DNA from: a virus
Lineage: Duplodnaviria > Caudoviricetes
Length of the DNA stretch: 52,977 nucleotides
IMG/VR virus record: IMGVR_UViG_3300020438_000057
Location: 1-52,977 of that record
Reading direction: 5' to 3' (one strand)
Numbering within the stretch: position 1 is the stretch's first letter; each line of letters opens with the position of its first letter. The notes beneath the pieces are model-generated. The model was not told the DNA's origin. It searched no databases and saw nothing but the letters and a program-made list of their open reading frames with translations. A program made the position numbers and the translations under genes. Below are positions 51,370 through 52,977 of this stretch, piece by piece.

Positions 51370-52976
51370 CCAATTTTTTCTAAAATTAATTCTAAGGGTT
51401 CAAGGAACGATTTGTTAAATTGCATTTCATAATCTATAAAAGTATCAATATCAAATTCTTTAGGTAATACATTGATAATAGATAATACATTTTGTTTCAT
51501 AACATTAGGTTCTTTCATGTAACAAAACTTTATCTTTTCGCCATCTTTGATTGTTTGATATTTCTTTTCTAATTTGTTTTGTCTTACTAAGTGGTTGAAT
51601 ACCAATGCACCTCTAACATGTATAGGAGTAGACTTTACAAGTTGAAGTTTATCTCTTTCACCACTGTCGTATTTATTTAACTCAGAAACACCTCTAGGAA
51701 AAGCTACTTCTTCGAAAGGTAAATTGAAAAACTCTTTCTTAAAACTTGCAATATAGTCTTGAACTGTTTTCTCTTCTTCTGACATAATTAGATTGATAGC
51801 TTTCTTAATACTATTTCTACAAGCTTGTGGGGTACTAGATTTGATAGCTTCTATACCCATCATCTTTAGTTTAGGTTCTGTATATCTTACACCTTCATTA
51901 TCATATACATTAAGCATATATCTTTTCTTGGCTGTCCATATAGCTTTGTCAGCGATAGCTTCTCTTTTCATAAACATCTTTTGATCATATGCATTCATTA
52001 TATCTGCAAGTTCTTGATAACTTTTATCTATGAATGGTTCTATCTTAGTTTGAGCAACTTTGTCTAAAAACTCTATTGGATTATTAGGTTTAAATTTATC
52101 TATCATTTTCTCAAATGTAATGTATAGCGAATCTGTGTCAGATGCAATCACATAATCTTGATTATCTGTACTTAGTAATTTGTTCAAATATTCGTTGATA
52201 CGTGCTTCTATCCACTTGATAGAGAGTTGGCCAGACTTAGTTATAGCTAACGCTTGTCTTATGTCATAAAATCTAAAGTATTGATTACCCAATGCACCAT
52301 AAGCAGAGTTCAACTGGACTTTCTTTGCCAATTGCATATTAGAATACTTTGATATATCTTTTTCCAACTCTTTTGATTTTGTCTTTTGTAAATCTTTCTG
52401 AGCCTGTATCATTTTCTTTTTGTAGATAACTCTATCTTCATACATCGATTGCATCATTTCAGTAAGAAAGCCTTTCTTATCTTTTCTGAAATATTGGCCA
52501 TTTGCGGCAAGAACTTTATCTTTTGGTGTAGTTACATTTTTATTGACAACATCTTCAATAGATATATCTCTGATAGAACCATTAATCAAAGTGTCTGGTG
52601 ATATATTATATTGCATGATTAAATGTGGATACAATGAGTTCAAATCAAAAGACATAACCCACTTATGTAAACCAACTTGTGGATCTTTTACATAAGCACC
52701 CTCATATGCTTCGTTTTTTCTCTTGACTTTTTTCTGAGGTATAACCATTCTTTTATCAAGAAGGTAGTTATGTATTAATACATCCCACATGCGAACTTGA
52801 GTGTACACATCTTCATAATTGACTTTCGCATCATAAGCAAGTGCCATGGCCATTTCGATAAGTTTCATCTTATCTTCTATTCTTTCGACTAGTTCAACAT
52901 CTCGTATGTTATAGTCAATAAACTTTTGATAATCTAATTTATACAATTGGTGTAGATTAGCAAACTCAGAATAATC
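51324..52976 (-). CDS. 43: family B DNA polymerase gp43, C-terminal part (truncated by window end)
   Basis: SFDLNSLYPHLI, KVQLNSAYGALGN, SDTDS, KKRY; frame open to window edge. Confidence 0.97.
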   Translation of the reverse strand, partial: DYSEFANLHQLYKLDYQKFIDYNIRDVELVERIEDKMKLIEMAMALAYDAKVNYEDVYTQVRMWDVLIHNYLLDKRMVIPQKKVKRKNEAYEGAYVKDPQVGLHKWVMSFDLNSLYPHLIMQYNISPDTLINGSIRDISIEDVVNKNVTTPKDKVLAANGQYFRKDKKGFLTEMMQSMYEDRVIYKKKMIQAQKDLQKTKSKELEKDISKYSNMQLAKKVQLNSAYGALGNQYFRFYDIRQALAITKSGQLSIKWIEARINEYLNKLLSTDNQDYVIASDTDSLYITFEKMIDKFKPNNPIEFLDKVAQTKIEPFIDKSYQELADIMNAYDQKMFMKREAIADKAIWTAKKRYMLNVYDNEGVRYTEPKLKMMGIEAIKSSTPQACRNSIKKAINLIMSEEEKTVQDYIASFKKEFFNLPFEEVAFPRGVSELNKYDSGERDKLQLVKSTPIHVRGALVFNHLVRQNKLEKKYQTIKDGEKIKFCYMKEPNVMKQNVLSIINVLPKEFDIDTFIDYEMQFNKSFLEPLELILEKIGWASEKRATLEDFFS

Positions 52977-52977
52977 T

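Noticed and set aside
4084-51984. Plus-strand ORFs in the track (e.g. 4084..4383, 13016..13285, 18132..18452, 28804..29196, 38817..39197, 41737..42039)
   Set aside because: Antisense shadows of well-supported minus-strand genes: S/L/F-rich, no RBS, no motifs
25993-52976. Inteins or group I introns in nrdJ, gene 61, gene 41, uvsX, gene 43
   Set aside because: All frames are continuous and of ordinary length, with no intein termini or embedded endonuclease
1-52977. Alternative genetic code (stop reassignment)
   Set aside because: Core genes are full length under the standard code, and TAA, TAG and TGA all end genes

Overview
This is a 53-kb, AT-rich segment of a large T4-like myophage genome, almost all of it encoded on the minus strand. 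It holds the replication core (gp43 partial, UvsX, gp41, gp61, gp59, gp32, RNase H, gp33) and nucleotide metabolism genes (class II RNR, ThyX, GuaC, glutaredoxin, nucleotidase). It also has a spanin-type lysis block containing a lipase, late/virion genes including a 1237-aa modular protein, and many auxiliary genes (PhoH, IscA, three 2OG-Fe(II) oxygenases, KdsA, glycosyltransferases, pseudoazurin, cytochrome oxidase subunit IV-like). A two-piece (permuted) tmRNA of alphaproteobacterial type, plus these respiratory genes, points to a probably marine alphaproteobacterial host (inference). The most interesting signals are non-coding. (1) Repeated early promoters carry TGATTCG, matching the CcrM-methylated, GcrA-preferred motif YGAKTCG. 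(2) A two-hairpin candidate sRNA at about 44384-44489 has a CU-rich loop complementary to the unusual AGAGAGG/AGTGAGA ribosome-binding sites of the early genes. (3) An unidentified, pseudoknotted RNA of about 220 nt lies directly downstream of the tmRNA. All calls were made by eye from the sequence and ORF track; no searches were run.
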